DNA of 64,000 nucleotides from an uncultured Acidobacteriota bacterium. GTDB lineage: Bacteria > Acidobacteriota > Blastocatellia > RBC074. How positions within the stretch are numbered: position 1 is the first letter of the stretch; every line of letters starts with the position of its first letter. This document shows positions 14,065 through 25,100 of the stretch, piece after piece. The notes beneath the pieces were generated by a model, which was not told the DNA's origin, searched no databases, and saw nothing but the letters and a program-made list of their open reading frames with translations. The translations under genes and the position numbers were made by a program. The stretch covers positions 1,376,001 through 1,440,000 of the forward strand of contig CAWCKY010000006.1 in NCBI GenBank assembly GCA_963796275.1, read 5' to 3'.

Positions 14065-15504
14065 ATGGACTCGATACATTCCCATTACTATCGCAAAGAC
14101 AATCCTCTATCGCGTCGCGCGTGGCTGCGCGCCGCCGGGTTGGGTTTCGGCTCATTGAGCCTATCCGCCTTGTTCGCCGATGAATGCAAGGTACTTGCCG
14201 CCGACAATCCGCTCGCTCCGCGAGCCCCTCATTTTGAGCCGAAGGCCAAACGCGTCATTTTTCTATTTATGCACGGCGGCCCATCTTCGATCGACACGTT
14301 CGACCCGAAAGAGCGATTGAACAGAGATCACGGGAAGCCGCTGCCGTTCAAACGCCCACTGGCATTTGACAGGTCCAATCCCGGACCGTTGATGAAGTCG
14401 CCGTGGGAGTTCAAACCCGGTGGGAAGAGCGGACTTCCAGTGAGCGACCTCTTTCCTCACGTCCGCGATTGCGCGGATGATCTGTGCGTTATCCGGTCGA
14501 TGGTAGGCGAAGGCGTGGATCACGGCGCGGCATTGTTGCAGACGTTCACGGGGACGAGCACATTCATCCGCCCATCGATGGGTTCCTGGGTCGTTTATGG
14601 ATTGGGAAGTGAAAATCAGAATATGCCCGGATTCATTGCGATCAAACCATCGCTCGCGCACGGCGGGGCGAAAAACTGGTCTTCGGCTTTTTTGCCCGGA
14701 GTGTATCAGGGCACAGCCATCGGCCACGCCGGTCTTAAGGTGGACGAGATCAAGAATGAGCCGATCGAGTATCTGGTCAACAACCGCTATGGACCGGAGG
14801 AGCAGCGCTACGAACTCGATATGCTGCAGAACATCAATCGGCGTCACGAGGAATTGCGCCAGCACGATCCGCAGCTCGAAGCCCGCATTCAGGCATTCGA
14901 GCTCGCATTTAGAATGCAGGCCGGGGCACCGGAGGCTTTTCAGGTTGAAAAAGAGTCTGAAGCGACCAAGAAACTTTATGGCCTTGATGATCCGCTGACG
15001 CAGGATTTCGCCTGGCAATGTCTGCTCGCGCGGCGCCTGGCCGAGCGCGATGTCCGGTTCATTCAATGCACGCACAGCTACAAGTGGGATCAACACAGCG
15101 AACTTTACAACGGCCACACGCAGAACGCGCGCGAGGTGGACAAGCCGATCGCTGGGTTATTGAAAGACCTCAAATCTCATGGGCTGTTGCAGGATACGCT
15201 TGTCATCTGGGCCGGGGAATTCGGGCGTACGCCCGTCTCCCAAGGTGGCGACGGGCGCGATCACAATCCGTACGGCTATTCGATCTGGATGGCAGGTGGC
15301 GGAGTGAAGGGGGGATTCACATACGGCGCGACCGATGATATCGGGTATCATGCGGTCGAAAACCGCATGCACATTCACGATTTCCACGCGACCGTGCTTC
15401 ATCTGCTGGGTCTTTATCATGAGAAGCTGACATATCGGTACAGCGGGCGTGACTTTCGTTTGACCGATGTGGCCGGTGTAGTGGCGAAGAACATCTTCGC
15501 ATAA
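14065..15504 (+). CDS. DUF1501 (sulfatase-like) Tat-exported protein
   Basis: SRRAWL Tat motif; AKRVIFLFMHGGPS, WDQH, GEFGRTP and GRDH motifs; canonical partner of DUF1553. Confidence 0.95.
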   Translation: MDSIHSHYYRKDNPLSRRAWLRAAGLGFGSLSLSALFADECKVLAADNPLAPRAPHFEPKAKRVIFLFMHGGPSSIDTFDPKERLNRDHGKPLPFKRPLAFDRSNPGPLMKSPWEFKPGGKSGLPVSDLFPHVRDCADDLCVIRSMVGEGVDHGAALLQTFTGTSTFIRPSMGSWVVYGLGSENQNMPGFIAIKPSLAHGGAKNWSSAFLPGVYQGTAIGHAGLKVDEIKNEPIEYLVNNRYGPEEQRYELDMLQNINRRHEELRQHDPQLEARIQAFELAFRMQAGAPEAFQVEKESEATKKLYGLDDPLTQDFAWQCLLARRLAERDVRFIQCTHSYKWDQHSELYNGHTQNAREVDKPIAGLLKDLKSHGLLQDTLVIWAGEFGRTPVSQGGDGRDHNPYGYSIWMAGGGVKGGFTYGATDDIGYHAVENRMHIHDFHATVLHLLGLYHEKLTYRYSGRDFRLTDVAGVVAKNIFA

Positions 15505-15592
15505 CTGAAAACAAGAAACGCGCGAAAATGCCAGCCTTTTCGTCCGTTTCGTATTCTTCCTGTGGGATGATATAAACGATAATGGAGGGAAA

Positions 15593-17713
15593 ATGAAACC
15601 TCAGACCATTGTTTCACTGCTTCTGACTCTGGCTCTGATTGAAATAGCTATTATGGCACAAGAAAAAGGTCCCAAACCGCCGGCGGCAAGGAAAGTTCCG
15701 AAGACCACGCAAATTCACGGATACACCGTTGTAGATGATTACGCCTGGCTTGCCGATAAGACGAAGAGCGATCCAGCTGTGCTCTCGTATTTAAAAGCAG
15801 AAGAAGAATATGCCGATAATCTGATGAAACCGTCCGAGGCTTTCCGGAATAAGCTCTACGAAGAGATGCTCGCGCGCATAAAAGAGACGGACGAGAACGT
15901 CCCATACAGGAAGGGAGATTATTTCTACTACTCCCGCACCGAGAAGGGGAAACAATATCCGATTTATTGCCGCAAGAAAGGCGGACTTGAAGCGCGCGAA
16001 GAGATTACGCTCGAGATGAACGAGATGGCGGCGGGTCAGCCATTCTTCAGCATCCGCGCATATAATATCAGCGATGACGGCAATCTCCTCGCCTATTCGA
16101 CCGATACGACAGGCTTTCGCCAGTTCAAAGTGCATGTCAAAGACCTCCGTAACGGGAAGACCGTGGAGAACATCGCCGAGCGCGTGACCTCGGTCGCCTG
16201 GGCCAACGACAATAAGACGCTCATTTACGTACAGGAAGAGGGGACGACCAAGCGCGCACACAAAGTGTTTCGCCACGTTTTAGGCAGCGGCAAGCACGAG
16301 CTGTTGTTCGAAGAGAAGGACGAGCTTTACCGGCTATCGGTCAGCAAAACCCGCAGCACCGGTTACATCTTCGTCGTCTCGGCGAGCTCGACCACAAGTG
16401 AGAACCGTTACCTCCCGGCCAATCATCCGGAAGGTGAGTTGAAACTCTTCCTGCCGCGCAAGGAGAACCACGAATATTACGTCGATCATATCGGAACAAA
16501 TTTCTACATTCGCACCAATGACCAGGGCAAAAACTTCCGGCTCGCGACAGCGGCGGTGAGCGATCCGGCGCCGAAGAACTGGAAAGAGATCATCCCTCAT
16601 CGCAAGGAAGTGATGCTCGAGGATATCGATTGTTTCGCGACCCATTTCATCGCGCTCGAGCGTGAGAATGGCATCCCCAGGATAGAGGTGACCGATCTTA
16701 AAAGCGGGCAGTCGCATTCCGTCGAATTTCCCGAACCGGTCTATGTTGTTGCACCGACGCAGAACCTCGAGTTCGACACGGCCAGGTACCGGATCAGCTA
16801 TCAATCGTTCATCACGCCGGAATCGGTCTACGATTATGACGTCAAAACGAAACAGCGCGAGTTGCTCAAACAGCAGCCGGTGCTCGGCGGCTATGATATG
16901 AATCGTTATAAGTCCGAGCGTCTTTACGCGATGACTTCAGACGGCGCGAAGGTACCGATATCGATCGTCTACAAAAAAGACCTGGCCAGGGACGGCAAGC
17001 GTCCGTTATTGCTCGAAGGCTACGGATCATATGGCATCTCCAACGACGTCGACTTCTCGTCGAATCGCGTCAGCCTGCTCGATCGCGGTGTAATTTACGC
17101 GATTGCCCACATCCGCGGCGGCGGTGAGCTGGGCAAAGAATGGCACGACCGGGGAAAAATGATGGATAAGAGGAATACGTTTACCGATTTCATAGCTTCC
17201 GCCGAATATCTGGTTAAAGAGAAATATACTTCGACTGAACGCCTGGTGATTACGGGAGGGAGCGCCGGCGGCTTACTCATGGGCGCGGTGACGAATATGC
17301 GCCCCGATCTGTTCAAGGCGGTTGTGACATATGTCCCGTTCGTAGATGTCATGAATACGATGCTCGACGCATCATTGCCGCTGACCGTCGGCGAGTATCT
17401 CGAATGGGGCAATCCGAATGAGAAACCGGCCTACGATTACATGCGCGGCTATTCGCCATATGAAAATATCGAGAAGAAAGCCTATCCGACGATGCTGGTG
17501 AGGACCTCGCTCAACGACAGCCAGGTGATGTATTGGGAGCCGGCGAAGTATGTCGCGAGACTACGCGAGATGAAGACTGATAGCAATTTACTGCTCTTCA
17601 AAATCAAACTAGAACCCGGCGGACACGGCGGCGCTTCCGGGCGCTATGACAGACTGCGGGATAATGCGTTCGATTACGCCTTTATCTGCGGACAGTTCGG
17701 AATTACGAAATAA
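15593..17713 (+). CDS. ptrB: Oligopeptidase B (S9A)
   Basis: GGSAGG nucleophile; GYGSYG; DSQVMYWEPAK; GHGGASGRY. Confidence 0.9.
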   Translation: MKPQTIVSLLLTLALIEIAIMAQEKGPKPPAARKVPKTTQIHGYTVVDDYAWLADKTKSDPAVLSYLKAEEEYADNLMKPSEAFRNKLYEEMLARIKETDENVPYRKGDYFYYSRTEKGKQYPIYCRKKGGLEAREEITLEMNEMAAGQPFFSIRAYNISDDGNLLAYSTDTTGFRQFKVHVKDLRNGKTVENIAERVTSVAWANDNKTLIYVQEEGTTKRAHKVFRHVLGSGKHELLFEEKDELYRLSVSKTRSTGYIFVVSASSTTSENRYLPANHPEGELKLFLPRKENHEYYVDHIGTNFYIRTNDQGKNFRLATAAVSDPAPKNWKEIIPHRKEVMLEDIDCFATHFIALERENGIPRIEVTDLKSGQSHSVEFPEPVYVVAPTQNLEFDTARYRISYQSFITPESVYDYDVKTKQRELLKQQPVLGGYDMNRYKSERLYAMTSDGAKVPISIVYKKDLARDGKRPLLLEGYGSYGISNDVDFSSNRVSLLDRGVIYAIAHIRGGGELGKEWHDRGKMMDKRNTFTDFIASAEYLVKEKYTSTERLVITGGSAGGLLMGAVTNMRPDLFKAVVTYVPFVDVMNTMLDASLPLTVGEYLEWGNPNEKPAYDYMRGYSPYENIEKKAYPTMLVRTSLNDSQVMYWEPAKYVARLREMKTDSNLLLFKIKLEPGGHGGASGRYDRLRDNAFDYAFICGQFGITK

Positions 17714-18245
17714 TCGGCGAGGGCAATCGCTCCCATTCCTCACGCTCGATCGTATAGACGTAATGAACGAAATCTCTCCAAAAAATCTGTTTCTCGATGT
17801 GTAATCCGTTTTTTTCGGCCACGCGGCGCGAAGCGATATTTTCGGGGCGGATCATTGAAATTATTTGGTGAGACCCCAGTTCGTTGAACGCATAATCCAT
17901 ACAACCGCGCGCCGCTTCGGTGGCCAAGCCTCGGCCCCAATAGTTTTTATTGAATTGATAGCCGACCTCGAGCATTTCGATTCCGCGTACTTCTTGAAAG
18001 AGAAGCCCGCAATCCCCTATCAATTTTTGCTCGCTCTTTAAAATAACGCCCCACAAACCGTGACCGTCTTTATCGTATTGCTTCAATCTGCGGTCGACCC
18101 AATCATCAACCTCTGGTCGCTCGAGCGGTCTGGGGTAGTAACGCATCGTCTCGGAATCACATAGAATCAAGGCAAGATCATCGGCATCGGACGGAACGAG
18201 TTCTCGCAGGATCAATCGGTCTGTTTTTAAAATCACTTTGTTCAT
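17703..18245 (-). CDS. RimJ/RimL-type GNAT acetyltransferase
   Basis: LKTDRLILRE, WGRGLATEAA and NIASRRVAEKNG motifs. Confidence 0.9.
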   Translation of the reverse strand: MNKVILKTDRLILRELVPSDADDLALILCDSETMRYYPRPLERPEVDDWVDRRLKQYDKDGHGLWGVILKSEQKLIGDCGLLFQEVRGIEMLEVGYQFNKNYWGRGLATEAARGCMDYAFNELGSHQIISMIRPENIASRRVAEKNGLHIEKQIFWRDFVHYVYTIEREEWERLPSPIIS

Positions 18246-18354
18246 AGATTAAAAGTGAGTTCTGCACGACACGAGTATCAGTAAGATTACAAAAATAAAA
18301 AACTTTGGGTTTCCGTTTACTTCCCACTAGATTGTCATTATAAAGAGGTTAACA

Positions 18355-19098
18355 ATGAACGATCAATTCAAAGATCAGGTCGCAATAATCACAGGTGCGG
18401 CCTCGGGATTAGGCTTGGCGATCGCGAAAAAGCTCGTAAGCGAAGGAGCAAAAGTCGCCATGCTGGATTTGAATCGCAATCTGCATGCGGTAGCCGAAGA
18501 AGCCGGGGCTGGTTTTGCGGCTTATGATGTTGATGTGACGAACGAGAGTCAGGTCAATCGTATAATCGCTGAAATCGCGAGTGCATTCGGTCGTATCGAC
18601 GTCCTGGTTAATAGTGCGGGCGCTACCGGTAAGACCGGTATCAAAAGCCATGAAGTCGATCTGAGCGATTTCCGATTCGTCTTTGACGTCAACGTCACCG
18701 GTTCGTTTCTGACATCGCGCGCGGTTCTGCCGCACATGCTAGCGCGCCAATATGGGCGCATCCTTCACATCGCCTCGATTTCCGGCAAAGAGGGGAATGC
18801 GGGGATGCTGGCATATTCGGCCGCGAAAGCGGCGGTCATCGGAATGGCGAAGGTGCAGGGGAAGGAGTATGCGGAGAACGGGATCACTGTGAACGCGCTC
18901 GCGCCGGCCGTCATTCGCACACCGATGGTGGACGCATTGCCCGAGGCTCAGGTGAAATACATGACCGATAAGATCCCCATGAAACGTTGTGGGACGCTGG
19001 AAGAGATTGCACAGATGGCGGCATTCATCGTCTCGCCGGGGGCGAGTTTTACCAGCGGATTCACTTTCGATATGACGGGCGGCAGGGCTACTTATTGA
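18355..19098 (+). CDS. SDR oxidoreductase, 2-keto-3-deoxy-L-rhamnonate dehydrogenase (LRA5)-like
   Basis: TGAASGLG, SISGKEGN, YSAAK and C-terminal DMTGGRATY; adjacent to rhaM. Confidence 0.7.
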   Translation: MNDQFKDQVAIITGAASGLGLAIAKKLVSEGAKVAMLDLNRNLHAVAEEAGAGFAAYDVDVTNESQVNRIIAEIASAFGRIDVLVNSAGATGKTGIKSHEVDLSDFRFVFDVNVTGSFLTSRAVLPHMLARQYGRILHIASISGKEGNAGMLAYSAAKAAVIGMAKVQGKEYAENGITVNALAPAVIRTPMVDALPEAQVKYMTDKIPMKRCGTLEEIAQMAAFIVSPGASFTSGFTFDMTGGRATY

Positions 19099-19099
19099 G

Positions 19100-19152
19100 A
19101 AGCGCCTGGGTACGCATGCTTCCAGGCTGGAAGCATGCGTACCCAGGCGCTT
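19100..19152. repeat. Perfect 26-bp-arm palindrome (REP-like)
   Basis: aagcgcctgggtacgcatgcttccag-g-ctggaagcatgcgtacccaggcgctt. Confidence 0.9.
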
Positions 19153-19170
19153 TCCAGAGGAGACAAACTC

Positions 19171-19485
19171 GTGATTCGTAAAGCCTTTTTGATGACCCTC
19201 AAAGCTGGCCATCAAGAAGAGTATGAACGCCGTCATAAACCCATCTGGCCGGAATTGCAGGATGTTCTGCGTAAGCACGGCGTACATAATTACTCGATCT
19301 TTCTCGATCGTCAGACCGACCGGCTTTATGCTTACGCCGAAATCGAGTCCGATGAGTTGTGGCGGCAGATCGCGCAGACGGAAGTCTGCCAACGCTGGTG
19401 GCACCACATGGAAGAGTTGATGCTCACCAATAAAGATCATAGTCCATTGGCGACCGACCTGGATGAAGTCTTCCATTTCGACTGA
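19171..19485 (+). CDS. rhaM: L-rhamnose mutarotase
   Basis: RKAFLMTL...EYERRHKPIWPEL...NYSIFL...CQRWW; GTG start after GAGGAG. Confidence 0.9.
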   Translation: MIRKAFLMTLKAGHQEEYERRHKPIWPELQDVLRKHGVHNYSIFLDRQTDRLYAYAEIESDELWRQIAQTEVCQRWWHHMEELMLTNKDHSPLATDLDEVFHFD

Positions 19486-19496
19486 GTGAAAATGTT

Positions 19497-20264
19497 ATGG
19501 GCGAACGTTTGAAAGGCAAAGTTGCGATAGTTACGGGCGGCGGTTCGGGTATTGGCCGAGCCACTTGCGAACTCTTCGCCGAGGAGGGCGCGCAGGTCGT
19601 CGTGGCAGACATTGAACAACGACAGGGCGAATCTGTCGCAGCTGACATAAATAGTAGCGGCGGCCAGGCGAACTTCGTCCTCACCGACATCTCTCGTGAA
19701 GAGGATGCCGCACGGCTGACGAGTGAGACGGTCAGAAACTTCGGCGGAGTGGATATTCTCGTCAACAATGCCGCAGTCTTCGTATTGAAAGGTATTGAGG
19801 CGACGATCGATGATTGGCGCCGCAGCCTTGATGTCAACGTCATCGGGCCATCGCTCGTGAGTAAGTTTGCCGTGGCGGAGATGAAGAAGCGGGGAAGCGG
19901 CGCAATCGTCAATCTCGGCTCGATGTCGAGTTTTATCGCACAACCTAATTTCGTGACATACAGCGCCACCAAAGCCGCGATGGTTCAGATGACGAGGAAT
20001 ATGGCGATGGACCTGGCGCCTTTCAAGATCAGGGTCAATTGCGTCTGCCCCGGCACGATTATCACACAGGCTACCGAACGACATCGCGCGCAGATCGGCA
20101 TCACACTTGAGCAGTTTATGGCCGAAGAAGGGGCGAAACATTTGCTCAATCGCGTCGGCCAACCGCGCGAAGTGGCTTGCGCGATTCTTTTCCTGGCTTC
20201 GGATGAAGCCTCTTTCATCACCGGCACGCATTTGATGGTCGATGGCGGATACACCGCACAGTGA
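19497..20264 (+). CDS. SDR family oxidoreductase
   Basis: TGGGSGIG, NNAA, YSATK and VDGG motifs. Confidence 0.9.
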   Translation: MGERLKGKVAIVTGGGSGIGRATCELFAEEGAQVVVADIEQRQGESVAADINSSGGQANFVLTDISREEDAARLTSETVRNFGGVDILVNNAAVFVLKGIEATIDDWRRSLDVNVIGPSLVSKFAVAEMKKRGSGAIVNLGSMSSFIAQPNFVTYSATKAAMVQMTRNMAMDLAPFKIRVNCVCPGTIITQATERHRAQIGITLEQFMAEEGAKHLLNRVGQPREVACAILFLASDEASFITGTHLMVDGGYTAQ

Positions 20265-20485
20265 TTCAATGCTGCCATTCCCAGTGGCGGGTTCAGGTAG
20301 ATCGGCCAAGCGTTATGGCATTAACTTAGCACTCACAACTCACTCAAATTGAGTATTGAAGCATCGCTCAGGAAAGCCGGATATCAGTTCCTTCAATAAT
20401 ATCCAATGATCGATTCTCATGGCGAACTCGTTTTATCTCTTTTTGTGGTTTTTGTAGAGTCGGCCATATCGAAAATGAGGGCATA

Positions 20486-21856
20486 GTGAAAGGCCTGTTG
20501 TTTATCATTCTAGTTATCGCGGCGATCGCATTCCCACAAGGAAAAAAGCCCAACATTATCTTCATCCTCGCCGATGATCTGGGATATGGCGATTTGAGCT
20601 GCTTCGGCCAGCAAAAGTTCAAGACGCCCGCCATCGATCGTCTCGCGGCGGAAGGCACGCGATTTACTCAATATTATGCCGGCAGCACCGTTTGCGCCCC
20701 GTCGCGCAGCGTTCTGATGACCGGCCAGCACACCGGTCACACCCGTATTCGCGGGAACGCGCGATATCCGCTTCTGCCGGAGGATGTGACCGTCGCTGAA
20801 GTATTGAAATCCGCCGGCTACCACACAGGTTTAATCGGAAAATGGGGATTGGGGGAGGCCGGGACATCGGGCATCCCCAACCGCCAGGGGTTCGATTATT
20901 TCTACGGTTATCTCAATCAAAAACACGCTCACAACTACTATCCGACTTTCCTCTGGCGCAACGAGGACAAAGTTATGTTGCACAACACCGTGCCGAACGA
21001 AGACCAGGAGGGGGCGGGCGTTTCGGACAATAAACTCGATTACAGCCACGACCTCTTCACTAAGGAGGCCATCAGTTTTTTGGAAAAGAGTGCCGGCCGA
21101 CCATTCTACCTCTACCTCTCCTACACTACTCCACACGCGAACAATGAGGCGAAGGCGAAAGGGATGGAGGTGCCCGATCTTGGCGAGTTCGCCGGCAAAG
21201 ACTGGCCCGACGCCGAGAAGGCAAAAGCTGCGATGATAACGCGGATGGACAGAGATGTCGGGCGACTGATGGAGCTTTTGAAGCGATTGAGTATCGATGA
21301 CAACACAATTGTGTTCTTTTCGAGCGACAATGGACCGCACAAGGAGGGAGGCGCCGATCCCGATTTTCATGATAGCAACGGGCCATTGCGCGGCATCAAG
21401 CGCGATCTTTATGAAGGAGGCATCCGTGTGCCGATGATCGTGCGCTGGCCTGGTAAGGTGAAATCTAGTGCAGAGAGCCGTCAGATATGGTCGCATTCCG
21501 ATTTTCTGCCGACAGCGGCGGAGATCGCCGGGGCTCAACCGCCAGCGAGCATCGACGGCATCTCGATGCTTCCGGCAATACTCGGGAAGAAACAGAAGAA
21601 TCATGAATTTCTATACTGGGAATTCCACGAGAGGGGTTTCAAGCAGGCGGTTAGAATGGGCGATTGGAAGGCCGTGCGCCGCGGTCCAGGTGCGCCGCTC
21701 GAACTCTATGACCTCAAGACGGATGCCGGCGAGCAGAAGGACCTTGCGGAAAAGCATCCCGAGATTGTGAAGAGAATTGAAACTTATCTCAAATCTGCTC
21801 GCACCGAATCTCCTCAATGGCCGGTAAAGAAAGATGAAGAGGACAGAAGGCAGTGA
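20486..21856 (+). CDS. Arylsulfatase (formylglycine-dependent)
   Basis: PNIIFILADDLGYGD, CAPSR, GKW, SDNG and LYEGGIRVP motifs. Confidence 0.95.
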   Translation: MKGLLFIILVIAAIAFPQGKKPNIIFILADDLGYGDLSCFGQQKFKTPAIDRLAAEGTRFTQYYAGSTVCAPSRSVLMTGQHTGHTRIRGNARYPLLPEDVTVAEVLKSAGYHTGLIGKWGLGEAGTSGIPNRQGFDYFYGYLNQKHAHNYYPTFLWRNEDKVMLHNTVPNEDQEGAGVSDNKLDYSHDLFTKEAISFLEKSAGRPFYLYLSYTTPHANNEAKAKGMEVPDLGEFAGKDWPDAEKAKAAMITRMDRDVGRLMELLKRLSIDDNTIVFFSSDNGPHKEGGADPDFHDSNGPLRGIKRDLYEGGIRVPMIVRWPGKVKSSAESRQIWSHSDFLPTAAEIAGAQPPASIDGISMLPAILGKKQKNHEFLYWEFHERGFKQAVRMGDWKAVRRGPGAPLELYDLKTDAGEQKDLAEKHPEIVKRIETYLKSARTESPQWPVKKDEEDRRQ

Positions 21857-22164
21857 ATTGTTAGGTTGCTATTATTTTGATGCTTGACTATACTCTCGCC
21901 TCCGAGTGAGCATTGATAGTTGGGCGCCAACAAATCACCTATACATAATTAAATAACAGGTGCCGGCTATATTAGCGATTGATCTTTCTTCGAGGCCAGA
22001 TAAGAGAAAGTAGCTCCTCCCATTTGGGTTCTCATCACTCATTTCGATTCCAGGTTAGCTCAGCTGCGTTGATCTCTATTTCTTGTTCTTGGTGTTATGG
22101 ATTTTGTGGATTCATTCACAGGACTCCCTGCATCAGTCACAAATAATTCCAAGGAGGGAAGAAT

Positions 22165-25100
22165 ATGAAACGCACAGGAAAAGTGCTCCAGGCATGTGTG
22201 CTTATACTGGGGGCAGTAATTGCTCTTTCAGGATCGTGTTTAGCGCAGACCTATACCGCAACTTTAACAGGGACAGTCACCGACCCTAGCGGGGCGGCCG
22301 TTCCAAATGCAAAGGTGATAGCTGTCAACCAGGGGACGAAGCTCGAATATGCGGCTCAGAGCAGCGATTCAGGGGTATACACGATTCCTTTTTTGCCGAT
22401 CGGCGATTATGTCATGACAGCGGAAGCGGCCGGGTTCAGAAAACTCGTCTCAACCTCGATCAAGCTTGAAATAAACCAGATCGCCCGCATCGATCTGAAG
22501 ATGGTCATCGGCGATTTAACGCAGGAAGTGACGATCAGCGAGGTGGCGCCGGTTTTGCAGACGGAGAACGTAACCGTCGGTCAGGTGATCACGGGGAATA
22601 CGACGGTCAATCTACCGCTCAACGGGCGTAACTTCCAGCAACTCACTCTGCTCGTTCCGGGAGCGGTCTCACCCAATCCGGCAGGGTTCAATAACGTCAG
22701 TCTGCAGAACGGGCAGGGGCGTCCTTATGTCAATGGGAATCGTGAACAGGGGAATGCATTTCTGCTCGACGGGATTTCGATCGATGAGACGATTGACAAC
22801 CGCATCGGCTACAAGCCGAATGTCGACGCGATCGCGGAATTCAAAGTTGAAACGAGCAACTCCTCCTCTGAATTCGGCAACGTCACGGGCGCAACGGTCA
22901 ATGCGACGTTGAAGTCCGGGACGAACGAATTTCACGGCAATCTCTTTGAGTTCTTTCGCAACGACGCGCTCGACGCCAATATCTGGGAAAACAATCGCAC
23001 CGGCGCTGCCAAACAAAAGCTCCGTCAAAATGTCTTCGGCGGAACGCTCGGCGGCCCGATCATCAAAAACAGGATATTTTTCTTCACCGATTATCAAGGC
23101 ACCGTTCGCCGCACCGGCGGTGGCATGTCAACCAATGTCGCTCCGGGTGATTGGCGCAACGGCAACCTCTCAAGCCTCTTGACCTTGCGCAATGCGGCTG
23201 GACAACCGGCGCCAGTATTTATCAGGGACCCGAGGGAGGAGGGAAGTTGCAATGCGACCGATCAGACTGCTTGCTTCCCCGGAAATATCATTCCACGCGA
23301 TCGTATCGTAAACCCGGCCGCCAATGCCTTGTTCAGTAATCTGACTAACTATCCTTTACCACAGCGCATTGACTCACAAACGCTCGTCGGCATCTACACG
23401 GATACCATATCAAATAGGCTCGACGGCCATCAGTTCGACGTCAAGCTGGATGCTCGGTTGACGGACAGGGATAACCTCTCAGGTCGCTATTCATTCGGTA
23501 ATTTTAACGAGGTCGGGGACAGGGGCAGATTGCCGCTAATACCTACAACGAAGAGCTTCAACCGCCCACAGAACATCGTTCTGAATTGGACGAGGACCAT
23601 CACCCCGACGATCGTCAATGAGGCGCGAGTCGGATTCAACCGCGCAGTCTTCATCAGCGATGCATTGGATTGGGCCGGCATAGGAAATGCGAACGCGGGA
23701 TTCGGAATTCCCGGAGGTCAGGTGGTGCCGGGGTTGAGCCTGCTCGCAATGGGCAATGGTCTAACCGACGTCGGCGGCCGAGTGATTACGGAAGATAATG
23801 TCGCCAATACCTTCCACTACGGTGACACCCTCTCGATCTCGAAGGGCCGCCACTTTATGAAGCTGGGCGCGCAGCTTCAACGCTACCAGCAGAACCGGTT
23901 CTATCCGGGCAATAACGGTCTGCTCGGGGGATTCACCTATAACGGGACATTCACAGGCTCGGCGTTTGCCGATTTCCTGCTCAATCAGTTGCAGAACAAG
24001 AGCATCGGAAGCCAGAGCGGCACATGGGGGCACCGGCAGAACCGAATCGGTGTTTTCTTTCAGGATGACTTCAAGGTCCGAAACAATCTCACGCTCAATC
24101 TCGGCGTTAGATGGGAGTACACATCGCCTGTGGTTGAGGTCGCGGATCGCCAGTCGAACTTTGAGCTTTCCAGCGGACGCCAACTCTTCGCCGGCCAGGA
24201 TGGCAATAGTCGCGCGCTGTATGATCCGTATTACAAGGGCTTTGAGCCGCGCATTGGTTTTGCCTGGACGCCAGGTGGGACAGATAGCAGGCTGGTTATT
24301 CGCGCCGGTTATGGCATCACTCAGTATATGGAAGGCACTGGCGCCAATCTGCGGTTGCCTTTGAATCCACCGATCTTCTCGGAAGCCGACCTTTCCTTTG
24401 ACCGAATATCCGGTCCCGGGACGATCGGAACAGGCTTTACGGGTGTCATCACCCGCGATAAGCCTGCAGGCTTGATTCGGGTGTGGGATCCGAACCTTCG
24501 CCCTCAATTCACGCAACAGTGGAATTTAACGGTCGAATATCAGCTGTCCAACTCATTGGTTGTATCAGGCGCCTATGTGGGCCACAACGCGACGCATCTG
24601 GTAGCTCCTACAGATTTCAACCAGCCGCTGCCGGGCCCGGCAAACGTCGCTCCTTCGCGCTGGCCTGCGTTCAATTCACGCAGGCCGCTGTTCCGCTTCT
24701 CTGATCTCGAAGACGTCACTCAGATCAGCGGCACCGCTTCGTGGGCGATAAGCAACTACAATGCCTTCCAGGCCAATGTTCGCCAGCGCTACGCGAAAGG
24801 GTTTGAATTTCTGGCATCATACACTTTCAGCAAGACGCTGACCGATAACCTGGGTTATTACGGTGGTGGGGTCAATGCGACGGGGGCTCGCAATGTAGCG
24901 GGTCAATCGGCATATTCGTACAACCAGTATGCGCAGCGGCTGTACAACTACGGCCCGGCGTTTTTCGATGCTCGCCACAACTTTTCCTTTTCGGGCGTTT
25001 ATGAACTGCCAGTGGGCAAGGGGCGAACTTATGGAAGCGCCTGGCAGCCGTGGGTGAACGCGGTTCTGGGGGGATGGAACATCAGCAGCATACTCCAGCT

